Shown here: positions 27,972-42,989 of the stretch, piece after piece
Numbering within the stretch: position 1 is the stretch's first letter
How the letters are laid out: each line of letters opens with the position of its first letter
NCBI RefSeq assembly: GCF_009914755.1
Contig: NC_060932.1
Length of the DNA: 64,000 nucleotides
Reading direction: 5' to 3' (one strand)
Origin: the human T2T-CHM13v2.0 reference genome, Homo sapiens
Notes under the pieces: model-generated
What the model was told of the DNA's origin: nothing
What the model saw: the letters and a program-made list of their open reading frames with translations, nothing else
Database searches by the model: none
Translations under genes and position numbers: made by a program

Positions 27972-28400
27972 TGTTAAAGCAAACTAAATATGGCCTTAGG
28001 ACTCTATACTTCTTTATTTGAGTCCTTGTGGATGAACTGCAACCTAACTTAATAGGTAGACAAGATTGAAAACCTAACTTAGGAGTATGCACCTGTAACA
28101 ATACCTGAGTCTTGGCCAATCCCAGTGGTTGTACTTCAACCACTCATACACTGCTGAGTGTTCGAACTGTATTCAAATAAGGTACGTGCTGAGCTGTAAC
28201 CAACCCAGTTGTTTCTGTACCTCACTGCTGATTTCTGTATGTCACTTCCCTTTGTTTGTCTATAAATTTGTTCTGACCACGAGGCATCCTTGGAATCTCT
28301 CTGAATCTGCTGTGATTCTGGGGGCTGCCTGATTTCAGAATCATTCATTGCTCAATTAAACTCCTTTAAATTTAATTGGGCTGAAGCTTTTCTTTTAACA
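27972..28400 (+). mobile_element. ERV1 solo LTR, MER57 family
   Basis: tgttaaagcaaactaaatatggcc...cttttaaca; perfect 4-bp TSD gaac. Confidence 0.88.
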
Positions 28401-29467
28401 GAACCTATACCTATTGCTTTTCCCAGAAAATTATTTCCTTTTCTTATATAATAGCAACCAATGCATATTTTGATAGAGAATAAGAAATGAAAACAAAGAG
28501 AGAATTGGAAGAATATTCTATTCAAAGTGTTCCCTAGTGGGGTGCTGTTCATTCTGGATGTGGCTCTATTCCTATAAGAGGTCTCAAGACTTTTACCCTA
28601 AAATGTTCTGAAATGCCAGAAAGTATCATAAACTGGGAGCTAGGCACTTAGATTTTATTCACACCATGATGCCCACTATTTCTCCGCTTTTGGACAAGTA
28701 ATCTAAACATCTCTGGTTAAAAATCTATACAATGAATCTACTACGATGTGCCATAATTACTTTATAATGTTGTTGAGTTAATCTGGGTACATAAGATTAT
28801 TAGGACACATACCCTACCCCTAAATAATTTACATATACAGGCAGTAACATTAACAATGAAAGTTAATTTAACATGATAAACTGTATAAACTAAATGGTAG
28901 CATGGCACTAACCTAAGACAATCACAGTGGGGATTCCAGGAGGTAAAACAAGGAGGAGGTCATTAATTCTGCTTATGAATAGGATTTAGAGGTTAGAGAA
29001 CACTTTAAATGAGGGTGTAATTTAATGTAGGATTTTGGAAAAAAAAAAAAAAAAAGGTTTTTCTTTTAACCTTCACCTTTTGTACAGTATGTTAGCAGGA
29101 AGACATGGAATCAAAATGTGGATCCCAATTTTGGAAGTCTCAAAACATTGCAAATGATCATCATCCTTTAGCAAGACAGCCTAAGAACAACAGTTAAAAC
29201 ACATAATTTTTTATTTTTTAAGAGGACACATTTTAGAACCAGAGAACCTGGTTTGAGATACTGGCTTCACCTGAGTGACCTTGGACAAGTCACTTAGCCA
29301 GTCCTATGCTTTACTTTCTTCCTGTATAAAACAGTTTTTCTGAGACTTAGATGAGTTAATATATGCAATCCTTTGGATTTTTTTTTTTAATTAAAGATAC
29401 TGTCTGCTAAAGAAAATGCATCAAATTTTCATGCTAAAACACAAAGAAAGACTTTTTTTCTCACTTC

Positions 29468-30457
<990 letters not shown>

Positions 30458-30921
30458 TACTGATGCATTTTTAACAGAAACACTTAGCACATACCACCCT
30501 TAACTGGGAAGAGAGCTAAGTGTGACACATTTACTCCGATTAATATATTTATTGTTTTCATTTTGTCCCAAGTCCTGTATTGACATTGGAGATATCAAAC
30601 ATGAATGCAAACAATAAAAGTAGACAATAGAAGAGACAAAAGCTGTTGGAGAACTTTCTACCCAAAAGATGAGCCACAGAGTCGCTCAGATCTAACTTAA
30701 AAACAAGTATCTTTCCCCACTTGGCCAGGAGACGGTTTCACTGGCAGCCATTACTAGACGTGCAGGAAGAATTTACATGGCTTGGGCTGAGGTTGGAAAA
30801 CAGGTCAGAACACAAGAGCATGCATCATTAGCTAAGGGTTACCGGAAACGTGTGTGGGAAGCAACAAATCCCAAAATGACTCTCACTACACCATTTTTTT
30901 CAGGAAAAATATAAACACCAG

Positions 30922-31346
30922 TGATAGAGACAGGAGGCAGCCAAGGACCCCTCCTGCCCCCAACACCTGACGAAATGCCGCCTTCAAGCCTAAAACAGCA
31001 TGAGGGATGAAAAACCAGACTGCCGGTCCGGATGAAGCCCACCCTTTTCCCCAAATGATTCTTTCTGAATAACGCCCATCTGCACATTGGGAGGAGGGGG
31101 TGGGGCCTTGGGAAGTTTGCACTGTTTGCAGGGGGGAGGAGCCTGGTCTCTCTCGTTTCTGTGTGGTAAGGTGGGATTTAATCCCTGAGATGGAGAGCCT
31201 GTTAGCAGGACTCTTATCTCACTTTGCTGATGCGTATTTCCTTTTTCATTTCTGCCTAATAAATTCCACTTGTCACCCTTCTACGTGTCTGCGAGCCTAA
31301 TCTTTCCTGGTCGTGTGACAAGAACCCCGTTTTTTTTCCTGCAACG
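30922..31346 (+). mobile_element. ERV1 solo LTR (MER83/MER61-like)
   Basis: tgatagagacaggaggcagccaagg...aataaattcc...gtgtgacaagaacccc...gcaac; TSD ccag/ctag. Confidence 0.78.
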
Positions 31347-31476
31347 CTAGAGTCACAGAATTATTTTTTGAATCTTAATGAATGATACCTCACATTCTCT
31401 ATGGCTAGAATGTTCCTCTCCCAGATACCATGACTTGGCCCCTTCACTTCAGTTAGGTCTCTGCTCAAATGTTATC

Positions 31477-31903
31477 TGTGAAACATAGAAAACGGCATCA
31501 CTACAGTTCAGGGCTCTAAAGCAGAATCCATTCTCAGGGCTGCCTGCACCACTGGCAACCTTGCAAAACAACCCAGTACCTTGCCTTGAATCTTTGAAGT
31601 GCACCTAACCACCACAACCATGATATCCTGAAAAACAGCTGAATTTCACCAGCGCTGCAACTCCTAAACAGCAACAATAAATGAACTATGGACTTGTGCT
31701 AAGCCGGCCGCCTCCACCCATGATAATTCCTTCAAAACAACTTGTGTAATCCTTTAGTTTCCTTTGAAAAACCCTCACTTGGTTTGGAACACAATTTGGC
31801 TTACAGCCAAATCTGTGTCTCCTGAATTATAATTCCTAAGGGCCCAATAAATGTCTTGTCTTACTGCATTGCGGTCTGGTTTGTCATCTCTTCTTAGTTG
31901 ACA
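31477..31903 (+). mobile_element. ERV1-type solo LTR, family unassigned
   Basis: tgtgaaa...caataaa...agttgaca termini, inserted into an L2-like remnant. Confidence 0.6.
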
Positions 31904-32458
31904 TGCCTCATCCTGGGGTTTCCTCTAATCACTCTCTGCAACATAGGACGTGTATGCTTCCTTCAGTATTTCCTAACCTTGACTTTACTTTTCTTTGGGT
32001 CAGTTAACAGCTGCGTAACTTATCACAAAGTTTTTATTAAGCTTCTCCAGCATTAGAATAAAACCTTGAAGGCAAGTACGTTGGTTTGTTGCTGCAACCA
32101 CAGAGCAGATTAACCCCTTCTCCCCCATCCCCCCCCCCAAAAAATCAGATGTCCTAAACTAGCATGTAGATGGCATCATTCAACAAATATTACCGGGAAT
32201 TTTTTTTTTTTTTAGTGCTTAATCTTTTAGGTAAAACGCAGGATGCTTAAAGAGAAAAGAGGAGGTAGAATAAAACTGTGGTCGATTATTCCAATAAGAC
32301 ATTGAATATGGGAATAAGGTATCAGTAAACACCCAGGCTTAAAAGGAACAAATAAGGCTTAATACATTACTGTGGGTTTTCATGGGTTAATTAAAGAATG
32401 AACATTTGTGACAAGTGACTTCAAACTTCTATCAAACAAATGACATTTCATATACATA

Positions 32459-32724
32459 TTTTTTTCTTTTGAGACAGGGTGATTACAGCTCACTGCAGCC
32501 TCCAATTGCCAGGCTCAAGCAATCCTCCCACCTCAGCTTCCTGAGAAGCTGGGACTACAGGTGTGCACCATCATGCCTGGCTAATTTTTTTTTTTTTTTG
32601 GTTTTCATAGACACGGGGTCTTGCAATGTTGCCCCGGCTGGTCTCGAACTGCTGGGCTTAAGCGATCCTCCTGCCTCAGCCTCCCTAAGTGTTGAAATTA
32701 CAGGTGTGAACCACTGCACAGGCC
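32459..32724 (-). mobile_element. AluJ with a small internal deletion
   Basis: Reverse Alu with J-type sequence. Confidence 0.88.
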
Positions 32725-32831
32725 TCATAATTCTATAAAGTATATCTGACTGAAGGAATATGCTGGAGAACTTGCTGTTTTTAATAATCACTTCAAAAAG
32801 TTAGGCATAACAAAAAGTTCCTGAAATTCAA

Positions 32832-33331
32832 TGTTAGATATGAATTCTAAATTTCTTTTCAAAGAATATGTCAATATGTTCAATTCTTTGCCGTCTACTT
32901 TTAAACTTAACTTCCTCGTAAAGCAACCTTTTTCGATTACCTACTCCACCCTGACTCATTCTGATCACCTGCTGCACCCTACATTCCAATCACCTGCTCC
33001 ACCCTAACTCATTCCAATTACCCCCAACCTGCTCTGCCCTGAGTCCTGCCAAAGCACTCACCCAGTGACTCTCTTTAAATTAGTCCATCGGAATTAGTTT
33101 AGCCTGTGCGGTCTAACCCTAGCCAATAAGGGAATGACACAGCAGCAAGGGCCACGGGCATCAGGGATAAGAACCCCTTCCCCTCCCTTGTCCAAGTATG
33201 CGCTCACCATTGTTCCATCTGTAAGGGCGCACCCTTCTATATAGAAGTAACGTGTCTTGCTGAGAATTAAAAAGAAAATTTTATATTTGAGTGATATTTT
33301 CTTTTGCAGCACTGAAACTTTATATATAACA
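32832..33331 (+). mobile_element. LTR10 (LTR10A/F-like, HERVIP10) solo LTR
   Basis: tgttagatatgaattctaaatttc...internal ccaccctgactcattc repeats...tatataaca. Confidence 0.88.
32952..32958. promoter_or_regulatory. AP-1 site (TGACTCA) within LTR10
   Basis: Exact AP-1 heptamer in the first LTR10 internal repeat unit; activity not shown. Confidence 0.45.
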
Positions 33332-34036
33332 TTTGATAAGTTCGTTTATGTGAAAGGTGTGAACATTGATCAAGAAAATCAAGCATATTATGATTTTTTT
33401 CATAATATCTAGAGCAGTTTCTAGACCTTTTTACATACCTTTTAAGAGCAGGGTGTTAAAATAAATGTAAGGTTAAATCATCGCAGTCTATCTGAGAAGG
33501 GCAGGTAACTGCTGAATCAGACAAGTGGGCTTGTCAAGTGACAGCAAATCAGGTTTCCTCAACCTCTGAAGCACCCCAGAAGCCAGGGAAGGACAGAGCG
33601 AAGACCCTGCTGTGCACGCATTTCTACAACTAGCAATTCAAATAAGCTATTGTAATTGTAAAACAGCCCAAGGCCCACGGGCATCTTTAAAATGCCTCCG
33701 GGCAAAAACAGCTGAAGGTCAATAAAAATAACTCAAAGTGGCTGATGAGCAGCCTCCAGACAGAATCTGTTCTCCAAGGAATATAACAGCCTCACTTGCT
33801 TTTCCCCAACCTAGGAGCTCCAAAAGTGACTTCAAGCTCTGCCTACTGATAGGTGTTCCTGGCCCTCATTACAGGGCGAGGGCTCTGGCTTACCACTCAC
33901 GCGCAGGAGCCAGAAAACGGTCTGCTACAGACTGCACCTGAGGTGATGCTGCTCCACGATGGCCTCTTAGCTTTTCCCAACTCAGACCACGTTTCTTCCA
34001 TTTATCAGATGTCCAGTGCGTTCAAGTGCTCTTCAC

Positions 34037-34932
<896 letters not shown>

Positions 34933-34951
34933 GTATAGAACCTTCTAATCA

Positions 34952-35320
<369 letters not shown>

Positions 35321-35343
35321 TCTTCTATTTATATATCATACAT

Positions 35344-36233
35344 TGTAAGCCCATAATAAAATTCTAAGCTCCCAACTGCCTGAATGAACCTTACTCTTGG
35401 TGAAGGGGATTCCAAAGGAACTTGGAAAACCAGTTTAGGACATGACAGAAAGGGGGTGTTGGACATGCCTCATTATGCCCTCCTCCCTTTGGAGTTTAGG
35501 CACAACTGACCAGCACTAACACTAAAATGGAGATCCCGACACTGACAAAACAGACTCTTAGTAGCACTAAGATACCAATTTCAACCTGACTCTAATATAG
35601 CATCACATGATGGATAGCAGGTCCTAAGGGAAATCAAAGTATTGTACCCCAAAATGCATTTTCTTTGACATATTTTGAAATGATCTGCAAAGCCGTCTCT
35701 AGTGGGGGAAATCTGCATTCTATAGAGAATCTCCCTCCCTTGCTAAATCTTTTCTGGAGAGTCTAGTATCTTTTAAGGTCCAGTAAGAGACATTTGACAT
35801 CTATTCCCTCTGAAGTCTATTATTTAGAGACTTCATCTATATAACAAGAACCTTGGCTTCCACCCCACCACCCCCTCAACTTAACTCAAATATTTATTTA
35901 TGCTGACTATAACTCTTCAGATAAAGCTTAAGTCTTTCAAGCAATTGACAATCAGGAAATCTTTCAATCCGTCTATGACCTGGAAGCCCCTGCTTCCAGG
36001 TGTCCTGCCCTTCTGGGCTAAATCAATCAATGCATGCCTTATATGTGTTGATTTATGTCTTTGCCTATAACTTTGGTCTCCCAAAAATGTATACAGACAG
36101 GTTATAACCCAACCACCTTGGGCACATGTTCTCAGGTCATCCTGAGGCTACGTCATGGGCCATGGTCACTTGTATCTGGCTCAGAATAAGCCTCTTCAAA
36201 TATTTTACAGACTTTGGCTTTTTTTTGTCAACA
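35344..36233 (+). mobile_element. ERV1 solo LTR, MER4 family (MER4D-like)
   Basis: tgtaagcccataataaaattctaagctccc...cttcaaatattttacagactttggc...tcaaca; TSD acat/atat. Confidence 0.85.
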
Positions 36234-36479
36234 ATATCATTTTTAAAAATGATGGCAAATGATGAAATTCTATTGCTGTATCTATCATATTTTACTTATT
36301 AAACATTTTATTGGCCATTAAACTGTTTCTAAAATGATGTTATTTTGTAACTAAAATAACAACTGGATTCCTTCTATGTACCAGGCAGTGTACTACACAC
36401 CATAACAGGTATTAGCCGTATTTGATTGCTCTCACCTTAAGGTTTTTGCATTTTTTTTTTCTAATGGGATATTCTTTTC

Positions 36480-36670
36480 TTTTCTATTTTTGTAAGACGG
36501 AGTGCAGTGGTGTAATCATGGCTCACTGCAGACTTAACCTCCTGGGCTCAAGCAATCCTCCCACCTTAGCCCCCTGAGTAGCTGGGTCTAGGGGCGTATG
36601 CTACCATGTTTGGCTAACTTTTTATTCTTTTATTTTGTAGAGATGGGGTCTTAATATGTTGCTCAGGCTG
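36480..36670 (-). mobile_element. Partial AluJ / FRAM-like
   Basis: Reverse right arm plus a short left-arm remnant. Confidence 0.75.
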
Positions 36671-37133
36671 TGGTGGAATACGCTTATCCATGACCTTTGT
36701 GTCCAAAGATATCACGGAACTTCCTTTTGTAATTCAGTTCTCAGCCGAGTAACAAGGCATATCCTCTATCTCTACTCCTCCTCACCAAGAGTATTACTGG
36801 CATACTGCTTGAGCTCAAAGTGTTTTTTAAAAAATAAATCAATGATCTATCTTGCTTCAAAGCTCAAATTCTTAGGTCTATCTAGTGTAAACAAATAAAA
36901 AATCCTAAGCCCTCCAACCAACTGCATGGACCCCCTCTTGACCAAAAGAAACCTAAAAAACTGAATGCCTGCCACGATGGGATGGAAGTTCAGATGCACC
37001 TCCTTATATCCACTTCCTTTTCAAGTTCAGGCCCGACTGACCAGCATTACGGTTAAAATGCAGATCAAAAGACTGATCAAAACAGACTCTATGTGGCAAT
37101 AAGATACCAGATTATAAACAAGACCTAAGGCCA

Positions 37134-37427
<294 letters not shown>

Positions 37428-38175
37428 GACCTAAGGCCGTGTGGCCATGTGAGGCAAAGGTGAAGTCACACCCTAACCATAAAATTTCACTAAATGGATT
37501 TTTATTAACCTGGTATAACGTGGCTTACTCCCCAACCTGACTCTGGTATAGCATCACATGACAGCAGACCCTGAAAGCAATCACAATATTTTACCCCAAA
37601 ATAAATTTCTTTGAACTATTTTGAAATGACCCTCCAAAGCCGTCCTTTGTGGGGGAAATTAACATCTTTGGAGAATCGCCATTGATGCAGCCAGGCCTTC
37701 CCTTTCTAGGCCTTTCCCAGATGTAGGAGAGATTAGCTAAGAGCCCAACACCTCAAAAGTCTGAAAAGAGACATTTATAGTCTGTTTCTCTGAGGGCTGC
37801 CACCCATGAGGCTGCTTCTACGTGATAAGGGCCGTGGCTCCCAGAGCCTCCTTAACTCAAGCATTCCTGTCTACTCTTCAAGTCCTCAGACAACAGCTTA
37901 ACTCTCTCAACCAATAACTCAACCATCCCTAAAACCCACCTATGACTTGTAAGCCCCCATTTCAAGATGCTCACCTTTTGGGGCTGAACCAATGGATACC
38001 TTTCATGTACTGATTTATGTCTTTGCCTGTAACTCATCTCCATAAAATGTATAAAACCAAACTGTAACCTGACTGTCTCGGGACTACTTACTGAAGGGTT
38101 CTTGGGTTTGTGTTTTTTTTTTTTTTTTTTCCCCAGGCTGTGGTCACTCACATTGGCTCAGAATAAACCTCTTTA

Positions 38176-38500
<325 letters not shown>

Positions 38501-38895
38501 ACATTTTGCAGAGTTTGATATTTCCATTAACATTAGTGATAACATCTTTTGCATATACATTCTTATCCCCATGATTAATTCCTTTAGGAAACTAGTACGG
38601 TATTTTTAATTTCAAATTTTCATCAGATTATTAAAGAATTTGACACACTGCATTAAATTACCACAACAGGGATGGAAGAATTATTTTCTTCTTTCTCCTA
38701 AATGTTAATTAAACCGAAATCATAAACAGAACGAGTCAGCAGTGAAAATAGAATAACCTCTAAAAATCACATGCACAGTGAAAACTGAACATTCCTCTTT
38801 CAGAAAAATACTTCAGAGATTCTGAACACAGATTTTTTGGTGCTATAAGATTGGCAGTTTATATTCCATTGTTCCTAGTCAAGAGTATTGCTTCC

Positions 38896-39257
<362 letters not shown>

Positions 39258-39380
39258 TTAAAGACATGAGCCATCATTACGGAATGTAAAAACCTAGAAC
39301 TTAATCTTTTAGTCTAAATTTTGAATTGTGAATGGGGTATTTCCTATCTAAAACAGCCAATATTCCATTAAAACTAGAGA

Positions 39381-39390
39381 GTCACGTGAC
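39381..39390. promoter_or_regulatory. Palindromic E-box GTCACGTGAC (USF/MiT-TFE CLEAR-type consensus)
   Basis: Exact 10-bp palindrome with an intact CpG in apparently non-repeat sequence; motif only. Confidence 0.3.
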
Positions 39391-40829
39391 AAGGTGCTCC
39401 TGCGCGTTCACATGGCTGCCCTCACAGTGCTGTTGTTTGGCCTTGTATTAACATCTTAAACTGCTCCGTTACACACCCTGCTGCCAGAGAACAGCCAAGT
39501 GCCAAGGGAAGGGAAAACCTTAGCCTAGTTTTAAAATAATTGCTTGGCTTTGCCTGTACTTAAAGAGTCTTGCTCTAACAGGAGGACACAACTGTCTTTT
39601 GGGAAAAAAAATTCCACTTTTATTATCTCTTAATTATAGTGTCGCTGTTCCCAATGTTACACGATAGCAAAGAATTCTGCCTGCATTACCATTATAAACT
39701 ATTTTCAGTATGGATGACTCAGAATAAATTCTACTTTCTTAAATTTGACATGTGGGACTAAATTTTCTAAACTTTTGATGACAGGCAGGTGTGTAAATCC
39801 CTCTAAAGTGAGTGAACCTCTCCAACCTTGTCAAGGTGCTCCACACCACTCCTTGTATCCACAGTATTTACAATGAGATTGAAAAGCTGAACCACACATA
39901 GTTCTCACCTCCTTAAAAAGCGATGAATATTTTAATATTTCAAATTCAGAACTAATCTCAGGACTGTACAATGACTAAAGAATCTATAAAAGAATGTGAT
40001 TAAAATATTTTAAAATTATTAAAGTGATATGTCCACACAATTAGCCTCCTTTGATTCATTTCTTCCCACCTCCTCTGTTCCCATTTTACAAAAAAACCTT
40101 TTGAAACAAATTACTTCTCCGAGTCGTTAAGTGACATTATATCCCTAAACAATGTGCTTCTACCACTGTGTCATAATAGGCTGTAAACACACTCTCAGTT
40201 TTGTGCTGTGCTAGATGAGAATTTAACAAACTTAACTATGCCATTCCATCTTCCCAATATACTTACATAGCTTTTATTTGTATCTGTATTGATTACCTCT
40301 GTAGTTTTATGGAGCATAACATTATTATTATTTTAGTGAAAAATTTTTTCCCCAGCTTTAGTAAGGTGTTATTGACCAATAAAAATTGTACATAAGTGTA
40401 CAATTTGATGTTTTTACATATGAATGGTGAAATAATTACCACAAGGAAGCTAACTGACATACTTTTCACCTCACATAGTTGCCACTTTCTTATGTATTAA
40501 TTTGACAAATAATGACTGACATTATTTCTTCTTTCTCCAGTACAGGCAGCATCTTCTGACTTCCTCTCTGTAAGAGGAGCTTAACGGATCTCTCTCCCTG
40601 CTCCCTCTTAGTTCTATCCAGTTTTACCTCCCACCTTCTATCATCTGTACTCTTACAGGTTCAAGTTGCACAATATTTATATTTTAATGTGTACCACAAT
40701 TAAATCTTTCACATATCTAAATGTGAGTAACCAAAATTCTATTACTATGGTAAGATTTTAAATTATTAATTATGCTATAATGATGGCGATCACAAAGTCA
40801 TTTTTTCTTTTCAATTTTCATTCAAAAAA

Positions 40830-40953
40830 TCTTTTTGTAGAGACAGCTATAACCATATGGTCCAGGCTGGTCTTGAACTCCTAGATTCAAACGGTCCTCC
40901 TGCCTTGGCCTTCCAAAATGCTGGGATTACAGGCGTGAGCCACTGTGTCTGGT
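40830..40953 (-). mobile_element. FLAM / Alu left monomer
   Basis: Reverse Alu monomer. Confidence 0.8.
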
Positions 40954-41099
40954 CACCGTTTTCTGTCGCTACGGATTTTTGTTTACTGAGTTTTCTAATT
41001 GTAATTTTCCTGTGCAGATTTTAAGAAAAACATCCTTATATGTTTCTAAATTTTCCATGCAATCAGATGTTCTATTGAGTTTTAAAAATTTTATTTATA

Positions 41100-41431
41100 G
41101 GCCAGGAGCAGTGGCTTATGCCTGTAATCCCAGCGCTCTGGGAAGCCAAGGCAGGAGGACTGCTTGAGGCCAAGAGTTCAAGACCAGTCTGGGCAATATA
41201 GTCAGCCCCCGTCTCCACAAAAAAAAAAAAAAAAAAAAAAGAAAAAGGAAAAAAAAAAAATTAGCTGGGCATGGTGGTATATGCCTGTAGTCCCAGCTAT
41301 CTGGGTGGCTGAGGTGGGAAGACTACCTGAGCCCAGAAGTCTGAGGCTGCAGTGAGCTACAATTGCATGTACCACTGTACTCCAGCCTGGGTTACTGAGC
41401 GAGACTCCATCTCAGAAAAAAAAAAAAAAAA
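41100..41431 (+). mobile_element. AluJ with an expanded middle A-tract
   Basis: Dimeric Alu with a ~40-nt A-rich linker. Confidence 0.9.
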
Positions 41432-42242
41432 TTGTAAAACATATAAGACTTCAAAAGGTTATCAAGAGTAATAAAGTAGGTATACATGTACTACCGCCAA
41501 ATGTAAAAAATATATATTATCAATATAGTGAAACCACTGGGTACTTGTCAGTGACTGCCTGTTATTCTCCTTTCCAGAAGTAACAACCATTCTATGTTTA
41601 ATAATTTCAATATATGAATGTATTCTTACTAAAAATAGTATTGTTTTGCATGCTTTCAAATGTTATCTTACGTGCAGATTCTTCTGCAAGCCGCTTTTTT
41701 TCATTCAACATTACCACTGGTGAGATTCCTCCATGTTGATACGTGGAACTCTAGCTCCTTCCTTTTCAATTATATGGATATACAAAATCCATTCAATCTC
41801 TTATTAATGGACATTTAAGTTTTTAAATTTTGAGCTATTATAATGTTGCTATAAACATGACTTCTGTAACACTAAGAGTTTTTATAGGTGTATACACCCT
41901 TATGACTAATTAACTGAGATATAAGAATAAACATTTCCAACTTTATTATTGCCAACTGCTTTCTGAAGTACAAATGATACCACTAATACTTTTGCAGGGT
42001 AGAAGAGGGCCCATTGCTCCAAATCCTTACCAACACTTGGTATTCTTTTAATTTTTGTCAAGGTAACATGTGAAATGACATTTCACTATATGTTTAATGA
42101 ATATCCTTGAATATCAATAAGGTTGAATATGTCTTCATATATGTATTGATCATCTCAGTTTCATTTTCTGAGCATGGCCTCTTCAAGTTTTTGCCCATTT
42201 TTCTACTGAGTTGTATTTTTTATAAGTAATTTAAAATTTCTC

Positions 42243-42490
42243 GGGAATTGAACAATGAGAACACATGGACACAGGAAGGGGAACATCACACTCTGGGGAC
42301 TGTTGTGGGGTGGGGGGAGGGGGGAGGGATAGCATTAGGAGATATACCTAATGCTAAATGACGAGTTAATGGGTGCAGCACACCAGCATGGCACATGTAT
42401 ACATATGTAACTAACCTGCACATTGTGCACATGTACCCTAAAACTTAAAGTATTAAAAAAAAAAGAATAAAAGAAAAAATAATGAAAAAA
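42243..42490 (+). mobile_element. Short 5'-truncated L1PA3-like 3' end
   Basis: L1PA 3'UTR (gcattaggagatatacctaatgctaaatgacg), A-tail, and TSD aaaatttct at a tt|aaaa site. Confidence 0.92.
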
Positions 42491-42685
42491 AAAATTTCTT
42501 TATAAATATTACCATGGATCCTAATCCTTTATTGGTAATATGCTACAAGTATCTTAATCTGTGAATTATCTTTCATTTTTAAGTACAATTTTAATATAAA
42601 GTCTTTACTTTTAGTGTAATTATACATATCAATTTTTTTTTACTGTTTTTGTAAATATGTATGTATATACGTATGCCTGTTTATA

Positions 42686-42805
42686 TGTAGAGATGATGTC
42701 TTGCTATGTTGCCCAGGCTGGTCTTGAATTCCTGGGCTCAAGTGATCCTCCTGTCTTGGATTCCCAAAGTATTGGGATTACAGGTGTGAGCCACTGTACC
42801 CAGCT
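42686..42805 (-). mobile_element. FLAM / Alu left monomer
   Basis: Reverse Alu monomer. Confidence 0.8.
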
Positions 42806-42955
42806 GCTTTTATAAATCTTAAGAATTCACTTTCTACCCAAAAGTCATGAAGTTACTGTCCCACATGTTCTTCTAAAAATCTTAGAACCTTGTTTCTCAA
42901 ATTTTTATCTTTAATCTACGTGAAACTGGTTTTTGTGTTAGAACTGAGGTGGGGA

Positions 42956-42957
<2 letters not shown>

Positions 42958-42987
<30 letters not shown>
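42958..42987. repeat. (CA)~15 microsatellite
   Basis: Perfect CA run. Confidence 0.95.

Positions 42988-42989
<2 letters not shown>

Larger units (their letters stand above)
41440..42950 (-). mobile_element. Old L1M(E)-type 3' fragments
   Basis: Reverse L1 3' motifs (ccattgctccaaatccttaccaacacttggta, gcccatttttctactg). Confidence 0.6.
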
